Shown here one piece after another: positions 11,001 through 22,734 of a stretch of 64,000 nucleotides of DNA. Source of the DNA: Stylophora pistillata (lineage: Eukaryota); the NCBI RefSeq assembly GCF_002571385.2, contig NW_019217794.1:1220977-1284976 (forward strand). Reading direction: 5' to 3'. A model generated the notes under the pieces. The model was not told where the DNA came from, did no database searches, and saw nothing but the letters and a program-made list of their open reading frames with translations. Numbering within the stretch: position 1 is the first letter of the stretch; the number at the start of each line of letters is the position of its first letter. The position numbers and the translations under genes were made by a program.

Positions 11001-13903
11001 TCTTTGGCCTTTAAACTTTCGTTCAACAAGTCAACATGGCGCTGAACATAAGGTGCGGGTTATCCACCGGTGTGGGTAATCAGCTGGGAATTACAGTAAA
11101 GTATTTATAGACTTGTAGCCTCTTGGAGGTTTAGTCCTCATCAAAGCATCATAAATGAATGTGCTGGACAAAAGATTTTAACCCTCTATAGCCCATGCCA
11201 GTATCAGCATATATTCTCCATATTATTCTCTACAAATTTCCTAGAGTTCTAACAAGGAGAATTTTTGTAATCAAGGGCTTCATTAGTTAATGATGATTTC
11301 CTTAGTGTGGTATTTACAGTTGATATCATAAGGAGAAATTAGATGCTAGACACTGGAATATCTAAGACTGAATTATGTTGTATTGTAGTTTCATAAGGTG
11401 TAAGTAAACATTGCTTACACTATTTTGTATTTTTAACCTTGGTAATGATATTGGGCACCATGCATTGGTCAAGGTTTCACTGAGCTGTCAATTATTTTTT
11501 GATTTTAAACCTTACAGGCCACGTGATGGCCCCCCTCCCCCCCGTAGAGATCCCATGCCTCCCCCCAGCAGAGGACCCCCAAGGGGACCCCCAGGAGAAC
11601 CACCCAGAGGACCACCTCCACGTGACAGGTAAGGAGCTAACTGCCTTAATCTCAGTTTACCATGAGTGCTGATGAAAAATCCCACAGTTATTGAAATACC
11701 ACCAAAGTAATATTTACTGCAGCAATTTCCTAGCTCTGTGTGGAATTTAATGCATGATTTACCTGTAACAGGTTTTGATGTGAGCAGAGTTTTCAAATAG
11801 GAACTGATAACAGACCAAAACCTTCAGTCGATCTGCCATCTTTAGCTGGATGCATTCACATCAGTTTATGTTAATTCATAATTGAAAATTGTATGATTAT
11901 TGAAATAGTAGCTAAGAAATTTGTACAGTAGCCATTTCTCAGTTTGGAGGGCACCTGATTCATAATTTCCCAGTAACAGGTTGAGGCATGTGAATCCATT
12001 ACCCTATCATTGCTTTGAAGTTTGGTGCAAACTTTGTGGAATGCCTGCGTCTAAATTTACATTCAAACTTTTTGACAACCCTGCTTATTAAGAAATAAAG
12101 GTAGATACACACTGTACAGGGGTGTATATTATCAGCAACTGTAGCATTTATGAACAAGTCTTATCAAATTCAATCAATATTTTTCTAGGTATGATGACTA
12201 TGGCCCCCCTTCTGACCGAGGGTATCCTTCGAGGGATTACGATCGTGGAGGATACAGTGACCGTGAGAGGGAGAGGCCACCTAGCTACAACAATGATTAT
12301 TATGGCAGCAGGTATAAAAAGATCATGCAGTGTTCATGCACAGAACATAATATACAGTGTTCCTGCTGGGTATAGGGTTGAGCAGGTCAGCCAGTAAATG
12401 TCACCTCAAAATGGGCAAGCTTAAAACACCAATAGTCTTTCTGGTCACTAAAAAGTCAGTTACATTTCAGTCATTACACTATGTACCAAGAATCACTGTA
12501 ACAAGCTACAAATTGAACTTGACCACAATAGTATGCTTTAAATGTAATTACAGAAAAGTAATTTTTAACAATTTCAGACCGCGATGGTGAATTTGTCATA
12601 ACACTTTGTGGACAGTCCCTAGTGTAGGAAAAAAATTCCTCATTGATGAGCTGACATTATTATTGTAATTGATACAGGAAACCAAAACTTGCATGTTTTC
12701 TCAGAGAGAATGTCTGAGGTTGGATTCCTCATGGGGACTCCAAATATCTGTTCGACTCGCACATGAAACAAGACGATAAAAATCTTTAAAACTTTTTCCT
12801 TTATTGGAAAATTTTTCAAGAGTTGATATTTTACCTTTGTTATGATTAGTTCGAAAATTTGAGGCTAAGTAAAAAGTTGAACCACAATGACAATATGCGA
12901 TATAAGCCAACGATGTTTGTTTATGTATTTCAGATATCCACCACATGAACGCGGTGGAGGTGGCAGCAGTGCAGGTAGTGGCAGCAGTTACTCCAGCAAT
13001 GAGCGTGGGTACGGCCCACCGATGGATAGAGGGTATGGCAGCTCAGACCGTTACAGTAGTGCTGATAGAGGATACTCCAGTGATAGGGGTTATGATGACA
13101 GGTAACTAGTGCCTTTAATGTGGACCGAAAGTCTCCTTTTGACTTTTAGTTCTTCTGGAACTAATTATAGAAAAAAAGTGAAGTCGCGTACGGCAGACCG
13201 GGTCGTTACTGCTCCATAAGCGGCGTTTTCGCGATTTAAAGGATGGTGATAATCGGTTTCTTTAGCCTCTACGTCTGTTTTTTTTTGTTTGTTTTTTTTG
13301 TTTTTTTAGTTTTTTATGCGACGATAGTGCCGAACAACAGTCGAGAGAAAAAAAACCATCATTTAGCCAAACATGTTACGTGACATTAGAGGTGACACAT
13401 TAATAACCTTGATGGCGTCGCAACATTCTAATGACGTCATAATGTTTTCATTGAAGTCACAATTTTCCTCATGATGCCTCAACATTCAAAAAGGGTGTCG
13501 AAGACACAAATGAGTGTTGTATTCGTTATCGTATCGATTTGAAAAAAAACAAGCTAGTGGCTGGTCGTGAAGTATAATGCACCGCGTAACACATCTGTTT
13601 TCGTTTGTTAGGTACGGTGGCAGCACTGGAGGTTCCGGAGGTGCTTCTCACGATCGTTATCTTCCAGAGAGAGGCAGCTATGGTGGTGAACGTCAGGAGA
13701 GAGGCGGTTATGACTCTTATGGTAGTAGTGGAGGAAGCTATGGGAGCAGTGAGCGAAGTTATGGTGGACCCGAGCGCAGTTATCCCCCACCTGATCGTGG
13801 GTATGGGCCCCCTCCTGAGCGAGCGAGGTCCGGAAGCTACGGTGGACCTCCCGCCGACAGGCCTTATTCATCTGGGGGGTCCTATTCTGGAGGTGAGTGG
13901 TGA
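8018..13903 (+). CDS. RBMX: RBMX/hnRNP G-like RNA-binding protein (RRM, RGG, Pro-rich and RDY/SY-rich low-complexity tail), ~370 aa
   Basis: Exons 8018-8126, 9134-9249, 9896-10089, 11518-11628, 12189-12311, 12934-13101, 13612-13903; all GT/AG and phase-consistent (1113 nt). RNP2 KLFVGGL, RNP1 RGFGYVVF. The 109-nt first coding exon matches RBMX. The C-terminus may be alternatively spliced. Confidence 0.8.
9361..9468. mobile_element. TTAACCC...GGGTTAA MITE family (related copies at ~11179-11360, ~29292-29497, ~57830-58065)
   Basis: Shared motif ACCCTAACATCAGTATGCATATTCTCCATACTGTTCTC-like across copies, with TTAACCC/GGGTTAA ends. Confidence 0.55.
9466..9562 (-). mobile_element. tRNA-SINE 5' head fragment (same family as 429-857)
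   Basis: Reverse complement AACTGCCTCCTGGTTAGCTCAATTGG...GGTTCAAGCTC...GGACCAACACTCAGGGTCTTAA aligns to 429-525. Confidence 0.8.
10764..11047. repeat. Imperfect direct duplication (~140 bp x2) in intron 3 of the RBMX-like gene
   Basis: CACAAAATGTTAGTGTTTTTACC...AATATAGACAC...CAAGTCAACATGG occurs twice. Confidence 0.75.
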
Positions 13904-16900
13904 CGAGGAGATGAACTCTTTAAACCCAAAGTAATGTTTTCTTCTTTAAAGTTCATGTTTGTTAACTTCAAAATATAGAAACTGATTGCAAAGGAGATCT
14001 TGATTACTTGACCAACAGTGCATCAAGTCTGCCAAATCAACCTTCAGTTAGCCTAGTGTATGGGGCTAATTCTGACTGTTGTTGATGAGGAAAATTTCTT
14101 TCCGGTTGCCTAGCTACTGTAACATTATAGTTCAATTGTTCTTCATATTGGAAATTTTGCCCCAGCTATCGTGATTGATAACGCGTGATCTTTTCAATTA
14201 TAGTCCAGGAAATGGCTTGAGTTTTCCCCCAAGGAAAACTTTTTTAGCACGGCGCTGAGTTGTCAGTAGCCTGGTCAGCCTGCCTTGTTTGGTTAACACA
14301 CAAAGATCACTAACAAGGGAAGGGTGCTGATGTGCGGCCTGGGTTAGGGAACCAACCCGGTTGAGCTAGTTTTATGCAGTGCAGTGCCCCCTTAAGATGA
14401 TAGAATACTTTTTTATTCTAAATATGTGAGAATGTTCCAGACGGTCGTTTTTTGGTGTGGCAACTTCTTCAAGTCTGCGATTTTCGACATCGGTTTTATT
14501 CTTCTATCTTTCCAATTGTTTTGGAGAAAATAGATGTATCAGCCTTGTATCTCTAACCTCTTCACAGAATTTGTATCCTCGACAGTAGATTACGACCGAA
14601 TCAGTCAAAGCTGAGAAGCTACATCCAATCCAGTTTATACGCTACTAAAATCAAACGTACAACCAACTTCGCCTCTTCAGTTGCCAATAATTGTTCTTAT
14701 CCCAACAGTAAATTAAAGGGAATCTTTTTTATTGTCGTACTCCTCCTTCAGTAGATTCGCATCCGGCAGTATCTCGGAAGCGCTCATTTGTTCACTGCCA
14801 CCATTAGTCCTGCAGGTTGTTCAATATCATATTCTAAGTCGATCCACAACATTACCAGGTAGTCGATATGATGGATTAGTTGAGAGGCCTGTGTCCCTTC
14901 GCTGTCTCATATTTTGTACGTGTTTTTATCTCTTTGAAGCAGGAAAATCCGTTTGATCTATGCAAGCTGTAGCGGTTATCACCACTGGATATACTGTGCC
15001 TCATGCATCATAGAATCATTTTGTCCTGTATATCTAATTGTGTAATTTACATTTCGTTTGAAGGCCGCGACTGGTGATGAGGTGCCGAATCGCGCTCTCC
15101 GATCCTGCGATGACGACCGATGTTTCTTGCCGATGCTCTTTATTTTGTTCCAGCTACAGATTTTAGCCGTTCCTTGACTGTAAAGTAAACATGAAAGTTC
15201 GCTTAATCAGTGCATCTGTTGCCGAAACCATCATTGCAAATCTTCGAATGCCAAATAACGAACAGAAATCCGCTATGTCAACGGACTTTATGGATTCTTC
15301 TCGATTTCCGTACCTTCGGCGGCATGTGTGTAGCTTGAGTAATTTCGAATGTTCCAATTCACAGCGAAGACTTTAAGTAAGACAGTGTTTAACTTTCATG
15401 TGCACTTTTTGACTGAACGAGTGGTTTTTTTAGAAATTTTTTAAGTAGTGATTATGTGAGGGCTAGAAGGTAGTGTTAAAAATGCTTCTTTGCGCAGGTT
15501 GAGCTGTTTCTTTTTATTGCAAATAAAGAGTTGTATCCCCAAAAATCCGATGTTTCATTGATGGCCAACTCGAGTTCGATTAACTACGACTGATGTCCGA
15601 CCGCCCGTCTGGTTAACTACCTGTTTCTTAAATGCAATATCTTAAACTAACCGGTACATAGCTACGGATAAACTGAAAGCTGCCTACGAACTAAAATTCT
15701 GAAGACTTTTCTATTTCCTTCTACCGTTGAACTCTAAATAATGTTTTGCTCGGAACAATACCACGCTCCAATTTTCGGACTATTTAGATCTACATCCAGG
15801 TTTCACGGTGATTCTGTACTGGGTGAACAAATAAACAAACAAGCTTAAAAAACAGTCGATATTTTTATGAGTTCTTCGTCCCTTTCTGTTTAAGTACGAA
15901 AAATTCGAAATGAAAATAAACAATTTAAAAGTTCGGCACGTCGCGACACTTGTGAAGGAAGTTGAGGTCCAGTGCTTCGACTAAAAGCTTTACCACGTCA
16001 ACTGTCGAAAGTCCGTAACGTCGTGCAAAACACCTCTATAAGGTGTCCACTTCCTCACCCCTATACTTCCGATCCTTGACAACGATGGCTTGCAGTCTTA
16101 TCCGTAGCTAGTCCGACGGTATGATAGAAAGCTGAATGTTTGCATGTTCATAAACTGAGTACGTTCGTCTTATTTCCTGCCGAGAGAGTGCAACATCACA
16201 TCATTGGCTTTTGTGTATCATAGAAACATCCAACTGTTGTATTATCTTTCAGGGCCTTGTGTTTCGAGGCCGGCTTGATTTAACTGATAAACTTCGAATT
16301 TCTGGCTCTGATGAATTTAAAGCTTCTTCTCGAAACGATAGCTAAATGTCGAGTGTTTAATTAAAAATTTAGCCAGTCCGTGAAGGAAAATAACCAAGAA
16401 AATGTAATTTATTGTAAAAGATGGTAACTCTAATAACCTTCTGAATCTTACGCGTCGATGTGCGAGGTCTTTACCGTAGCGTCTGTCGAATCGGTAGTTC
16501 ACTTTACTCAATGTATTTCGACTGTCAAGAATGTAATAACTAGTTGTATAAAAAGGGATTTCCCACAGAGTAAACTTCTCCCCTGTCAAAAACCTTCGCG
16601 CACTGTTATCTCCGCCTTGTTCTCATGGTCATTCTTTTTGTTTTTGCTTTGATTTTTTGTTTTTTCCTTGCACTTAATCCATTACACCCTAACTTGGTAT
16701 TCATATTTTTCACTCTGTTTGCATTTCCTATGGTACTGATGAAGAGCATTTGGTTGACAATAACGAGTTTCACAAATTGGTGATCGTTTCCTTTTTCTCG
16801 CGACCTTTGCATTTGATTCAAGAGTACTTTGGGGGAAAATTAGAAAATCGATCATTCTCATGGGTTGGTGTAATGTAGAAACATAATGATTTAAAGTAGG

Positions 16901-17154
16901 GGGAGCGAGTCAGGAAAGAGTTTTCTGAATTTATAATCATAAAACGGGGTTAAAAATTCCAGCACGAAGGTCATTTACCGACGACTGTCGTCCGATACCC
17001 TTAGCCTTACGGTTCTTAGCTTAATGAAGTTTTTTGTAGTCTTTGGTTATATGTGCACCCAAGTACCCAGTGATTGAAGGCAGGTCAGGTAGGTACACCT
17101 CCAAGTTACCCTATTTTTTGCTAAGGTAAATCTTAGATTTTCTCCTCTTTCTGC

Positions 17155-17412
17155 AAACGCTTTTCATTCCACTAATTTATTTATGTTTTTCTCGTTGCCA
17201 TGCTCCCACCAATAACGTAGCTCCATTTTCTGCCTTTATAAGCACACACAACCCAAAATTCCTCTATTCGCTCCGACGAAGGGCTAACGCTCGAAACGTC
17301 AGCTTTTGTAATCATTACGGTGGCTAATTTACCATTTCATCTTTGTTGATATATCCAAATTATTTCGTTACTCCCACCGACGCAGCCCCAAACAGTTTCT
17401 TTCGAAACTATC
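17155..17412 (+). mobile_element. Penelope-like/retrozyme-type repeat containing a hammerhead motif
   Basis: About 200 bp near-identical to the reverse complement of 39347-39556. Contains CCGACGA-A-GGGCTAACGCTC-GAAACGTC. Confidence 0.7.
17270..17303 (+). ncRNA. Minimal type I hammerhead ribozyme motif (U4C core variant)
   Basis: gct-CCGACGA-a-gggc[taac]gctc-GAAAC-GTC-agc: stem I, core, stem II and a GUC cleavage triplet. Confidence 0.6.
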
Positions 17413-17649
17413 AGCCTCTTTTCAATGTTGCTGACAAATTGCCAACCCGTTCAAACATCGAATGAAACGTCGTGTGGTTGGCGAAGTTAGTTTTCTTGCA
17501 TCCTGTATTTATGATCGTTCAAATTATGTCATCAGGAAGCGACAAGTCAGTTCCTGCCTGAATCAGCTTGCCGGGAAATCGAGCGAATTCGTTTTTAAGT
17601 CATGCAGTCATATATCAGCTAGTAATGGCTGAAATCGTGAGTAACAGTC

Positions 17650-17930
17650 AAACATGTAGTGTGATCGTCCAGGTTAGACTTTCCTGAAAAGGACTTTGTT
17701 AGTAGTAGTGACTGACTGTTCGGCAACTTAAGTGGAAGTCAATGTGAGAGGTAACTGAGGAGCTGTTCATCAGTCGGCTGTTGCGAGAAGTTGATTGGTG
17801 CGACTCATCTCTTGACCCTGACGATGGCCTCTGCATTGGTTGATGTAAAATTCATCACTTCTACCAGTTACAGCCCTTTTCATTGTTACCTTCTACTTAA
17901 TGACCACACTTGACGATGGCATGTTACACG
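17650..17930. repeat. Degenerate Penelope-associated inverted repeat
   Basis: Ends GTGTGATCGTCCAGG...AAAGGACT and AGCCCTTTT...ATGACCACAC are loosely inverted. Decayed hammerhead-like CTGACGATGG at ~17819. Confidence 0.35.
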
Positions 17931-18989
17931 TTCCGAAGGAGAGAGAATACAATTGAGAAGAAAGCTTAAGATTTTGACCAACCGATGGGTTCTGAATCGC
18001 CTGTCGTTGCTATATGAGGATAAGTCTTCAAGTGGGCCAGTATTGTAATATTCCGGTTGAGAAAGGACAAAAACCACTCTTGTTGCCAGGCTGACCGACG
18101 TTTTCACAACTGAAACGGGTTTCATCATAGCCCATTTTGTCGAAACCCCCAGTCTGACAGAACTTACCATGCGCAGCTGAAGCAAGGTTTCTGATGGGTT
18201 AGTTCAAATCTGTGTTAAGTCATCTCTCAAATTTTGAGTGTACGGTGGAGTTTCTTATGTCTGGTTTGTTTTTCATTTCAGCGTGGGGTGACTTTTTTTA
18301 AGGTAGTCGAGGAGATAAGAGAGATGTCGGAGGTTTTGTATCCTCTTTGAAATTGTCTCGGTATTTTGCCTACTGAGACTTCTGGTAAGGCCGTAGGCAC
18401 TTCGATAAACTTCGTAAACCTTCCCCCGGGCCCCTCGCAGGCGGACAATCGTGAAACACTGGTAACATCTCTTGTGTCTCGTCTTGGATCAGTTCCGACT
18501 CTGGCCATCGTTGAACATTGAATCTGATCGAGTTTTTTCGAATTCAATTTTGGTTTTTTCGGGTTTAGTTAAATTTTTTCGGGCCTCACCTCTGCATCGC
18601 AAGAGCTGTTCATTAACCTCTCTGCATTTTACACTACAAGGCTTCTTTACTGCAATACTTTACAATTATACAACAGTAGCTACATGCAGCTATAGACTGC
18701 CTTCTATTTTCGTTTGCTATACCAGTATTACTACTTGTTCTCAGTAGAAACGCCGAAAGCCCTTTTATTTGTTATTGACGTAAAGGCGAACGCTGTCCTC
18801 ACTTGGTTATTACTACGAACGTTAACGCATTGCCACGAAGAAGATTAAATTACGGCCGTGATTATGTAGTAATTGTCGGTATAACACGCCTGAACTTTTC
18901 CCTCCGTTCTATCTGTGGGAAAGGCGGGCTATCCAATGCCCCCGTATGCATCGGCAATTCACGGGAATGTGTGAGAGCCATGGTGAAGA

Positions 18990-19095
18990 TAGTCTGCTAC
19001 ACAGCCGCTCATAGAGTCGTCGCGCAATGCTCCTCCCCACGTTCGTGGGAAGGAGCGTTGCGTGACGACCCTAAGAACGGCTGTGTAGCAGACTA
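18990..19095. mobile_element. Palindromic MITE with TA ends
   Basis: TAGTCTGCTACACAGCCG...CGGCTGTGTAGCAGACTA, forming a near-complete hairpin. Confidence 0.8.
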
Positions 19096-19570
19096 GGGTG
19101 AAGAGCGCCAAAGGCGAGTCCAGTAAGCATTCATATTTGTTTCCTTGCTTGCTTGTCAAAGATAACACTGACATCGAGACGGAATACAGCTTACCGAGCC
19201 CTTGAAATACGTAGTTTCTCTCTTTTCTTCAGTTTTGTGCCAGACCTCTCACCTGTTTTCCTTTTACAGCTCGTACCGCTGCACCAGTGAGAGCGTGCTT
19301 GCGGGCGAAGATGTAGCTTTGAATAGGTGTTACTAAATTCGGTATTCACATATTTTTTTTGTCTTTTGAAATATGGGTCACATGTGAATGCTTATCGTGC
19401 GATACCATGCCGAGAAATCAATTCTGCGTTGTGTAGCAACGACGTGTAAATTTGTAGACGAAGTTTTCACTCTGGAAAGGTATCTGAGTGTTCTATCCAG
19501 GGCCATACCTGAATATTTTTTAATATTTTCGGAAAGATTTAAGTACTCCAGGGATACCCTACTTCTATTC

Positions 19571-19604
19571 CCTCTGACGACGGGCTAACGCTCGAAAATT
19601 CAGG
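19571..19604 (+). ncRNA. Minimal type I hammerhead ribozyme motif (canonical CUGACGA core)
   Basis: cct-CTGACGA-c-gggc[taac]gctc-GAAAA-TTC-agg. Stems I and III covary relative to the 17270 copy. Confidence 0.65.
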
Positions 19605-21798
19605 TTTTTAAACTTTTCACGGAGGCCAGTTTACATGATCAACTCACTTGACGAAACAACAACATCTATTTAGAAAAAGGCTTATCCCCGAGAGGCAAGG
19701 GACAAGTCAGAAATCGCCCTGTTTAGGGTTTGGAATTATACTTATAACAAATTCGTTATTTTTGAAGTCGTAGCTGTCTCAAGGGGAGTGGAATGTTTTT
19801 CAGCGCGTGAAAACAGATGATGCCCTTTGTTATGACCCTACATTGTCAGTTCCTGTTAGCGGTCCGGCAGTGTATGGATTATGCACGGATTCCGTCGGTA
19901 GTGTCTAAGAATGATCGTCTATAAGTCTGGCGCGTATTGGAGACATGCTGATAATTAAAAGAGCATGTCATTTTTCGTAGCAATATCGACGAAATACGAG
20001 AATGAAAAACCTTTTCCTCGTGTTTATCTTCCGATTAATTACTCTTCATCACTAGTCCGTCTCAGATCGTAAGCTGTGCTTTGTCATTATTGAGCGGTGA
20101 TCTTTCTTCAATATGACAGCTGTTACAGCTGAGGTTGTCTTTCGACAGAATCTAGACTTACTTCAAGTGTTTGGTCGTTGCTTAGGGAACTGCCCAGACG
20201 TATGACTCGACTTTTGTTATCTAAGTGAGTAACTTGTGCGGTGAAGTGTGCAATCTCACGTACGCGGAATTGATTTCTGACGTTGTCGAGACATGGCTAG
20301 TCTTTTGTGCTGTGAAGTGGCCAATTTCTTGCTCTAGTTTTTTTATGCGGAATTTCTGACTTACGGTGTTCAGAAAAAGTCTAAACACGGCAGGTCTTTC
20401 GTAAGAAAAAGGGCGAATTTCTGATCTAGCAATTCGTGTGGGCAATTCATTCCTCACGGGATCAGAAGGGGCCAAGTTTGAACTCTGTTTTTTGTGTTTT
20501 TGTTTGTTTGGTTTTTTTGTTTTTACTCGGAGCTTTTTCCCTAAGGATGTCAAAAATAACTCAAAACGTGGCGGGTCGCTTTGAAGAAAGCGGCTTCTTT
20601 CGGACCTTTTTTTTTTTTCAGCGCGGAATTGATTTCCAACTCTCTAAAACTAGTCACGGAAAACATTGCCATACCTCATCTCGTCAACTTAGGTTGTTCA
20701 TGGCGCGAGAGTATGGGGAAGAGTTTGTGTGTACTTGAGATATTCTTTAAGTGTCACTTATTGCCTAGTTTTTCGCTTCCTATTGTTAATAACACTGGAC
20801 CCCAATCTCATTGTCACTGTGACGAATTGTAAAACGTCAGGTAAAGTCGTTAAAATCAAGTAATGTACTTCTTTACTTTCTTCGAATTGTGTTCAAGTAG
20901 GGCTGATGGACGTCACAAAGCTAAAGTTATTTCTCTTGTTAGTCTTTCCCTTTTGTTGTTTTTGTTGTTGTTTTCCACAACAATTTTTCAACATTGCTCT
21001 TTTTTCTCGTTCATACAAGACCAGTTTCTTCCCAAAGTTGAAAAAAAGAAATACATTTGAAAGTTCAAAAACAAAATTCAGTCGAGAAGACTGGCACATT
21101 TGAAAGTTCAAATTGATTAGATACGCTGATGTCCCCTTTACCTTTTTTTCTTAATGGAATTGACTTGAATTCGTGCCCAATCTCCGGAAAACGCAAACTT
21201 GATTAACGAGAACGCAATGAGTGAGCCACCTTGAAACTCATCTCATCAGTATACTATTTGCAACATCGCACCCAATAGATAGCAAAATGTTTTGGGCTTA
21301 ACCTGTGTAGACAGTTTCAACATACTTAAAAGTTGCAACTTTACTCCTTTATGGAAAATGGACTTAAATACAGGTTAATACCAAGAGATGGAATAAAGCT
21401 GTCCCTATAACCTGTACCAGATCATGTACATGGGACTCGAGATGTATGCTATTTCTTCCTTTTTTCTCAAATGATGAGGTAGAAATAAAAGACAAAATTC
21501 GTTTCTTCTGTCTGTATAGTCCTAACGAAAAACTCACCTTTCAGACTGTTACGTTTGGCACTTCCGCTTTTAGTTTTTTCTTGCTCGAAATTTAAGAAGA
21601 TTGCGATTGTTGATTCTGCCAAAATTTTCGTTTTATCCTGGAAGAATCGGGTTTTCGGTTCTTGCTTTTTTTATATATATATTTATTAAGACGGACATGT
21701 TGTTCTTGTTCGAAATTGGCCGATTTTATGTCGGAAATGAAAATAATACTAAGGTCAGATTTTTGTGGTTAAATCTAAGACGAAGTAACTCGTAAATG

Positions 21799-22734
21799 CG
21801 TGGGAACCTTCTGATGGCTTTGTTTTGCATTCGGAGTGTGCTTGTAAAGACTTTTGTTTTCAGCGGGTGTGTGAAACAATGCGCCGAAACAAAACACACT
21901 TTCGAAACAAAGCTAAACACGTGCTTTGGAATATGGCCTTATAATGTTTTATTTACAGTGCGATTTATGGATTTCACAATAGCCCCGTTGAGGCACGACA
22001 ATGTATCACGTCCTGAGTTCGTGTAGGCCATTCCAAGAGTCATTTGTTTATCTTTCACAGCCAATTAGCTCAAATCGTTCTCACGGCCTCGGACTAAGCT
22101 GGTTTAAAGTGTCTGCCGGAATAAGGAAAAAAAATAATTTGGTGTTCGTTGTCTGTATTTATGATGTGTCGCTAATATGCCCGCCAGACTTCCAGTCTCG
22201 TTGGCTAAATGGCTTTTATGCGTTGTAATTACTTTGGCATTCAACTTTTTCGCTCAGCAGCCCCATCCTCACGCGCGCTTTGACCGTGAATGCCGGCTCT
22301 TGCTGTTGGCTGTTCAATTCTGGCGTTATTTGCATAATGCATGCTGAGATGGTTTTGTTTCGTACAAAAAGCGACCAATGGTAGGCCTGCGTTCTCACGC
22401 TCTCTTTCTCAGCTGCCAGCGAACGCCAAAATACCATTCATGCGACAAAAATGCAGGCTCTTTAAAACAAAATGCGATGATAATAAGCCGGGGTTGGGAA
22501 CTCGTAGACAAGGATTTTCCCACGGCTCGGAAGGTAAATAAAACGCCATGTTCACCAAAGTTCACTTTCATTTGTCTCCGTGTCGAGTCCAAGCAGGAGA
22601 TCGTGCAAAGTAGCCTCCGGAAAAAAAAAACCGTAAAAAAAGGGAAAGTAGCGATGGTGCAAGAATCTACGAAACTGGAAAAGGAAAGTGATTCGGAGAG
22701 CCGGAAGGTATACATATCCTGGGTTTTTCTCACG
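21799..22734 (+). promoter_or_regulatory. Cluster of CSL/Su(H) sites at the HES promoter, including a paired site at 22493-22524
   Basis: CGTGGGAA 21799 (+); CGTGAGAA 22078, 22392 and 22727 (-); CGTGGGAA 22517 (-) paired with GTTGGGAA 22493 across 16 bp. Class C site CACGCG at 22270. Confidence 0.7.

Noticed and set aside
15075-15140. C/D box snoRNA (GTGATGA ... ATGACGA)
   Set aside because: Only CCGA, with no canonical CTGA D box, terminal stem or recognisable guide.
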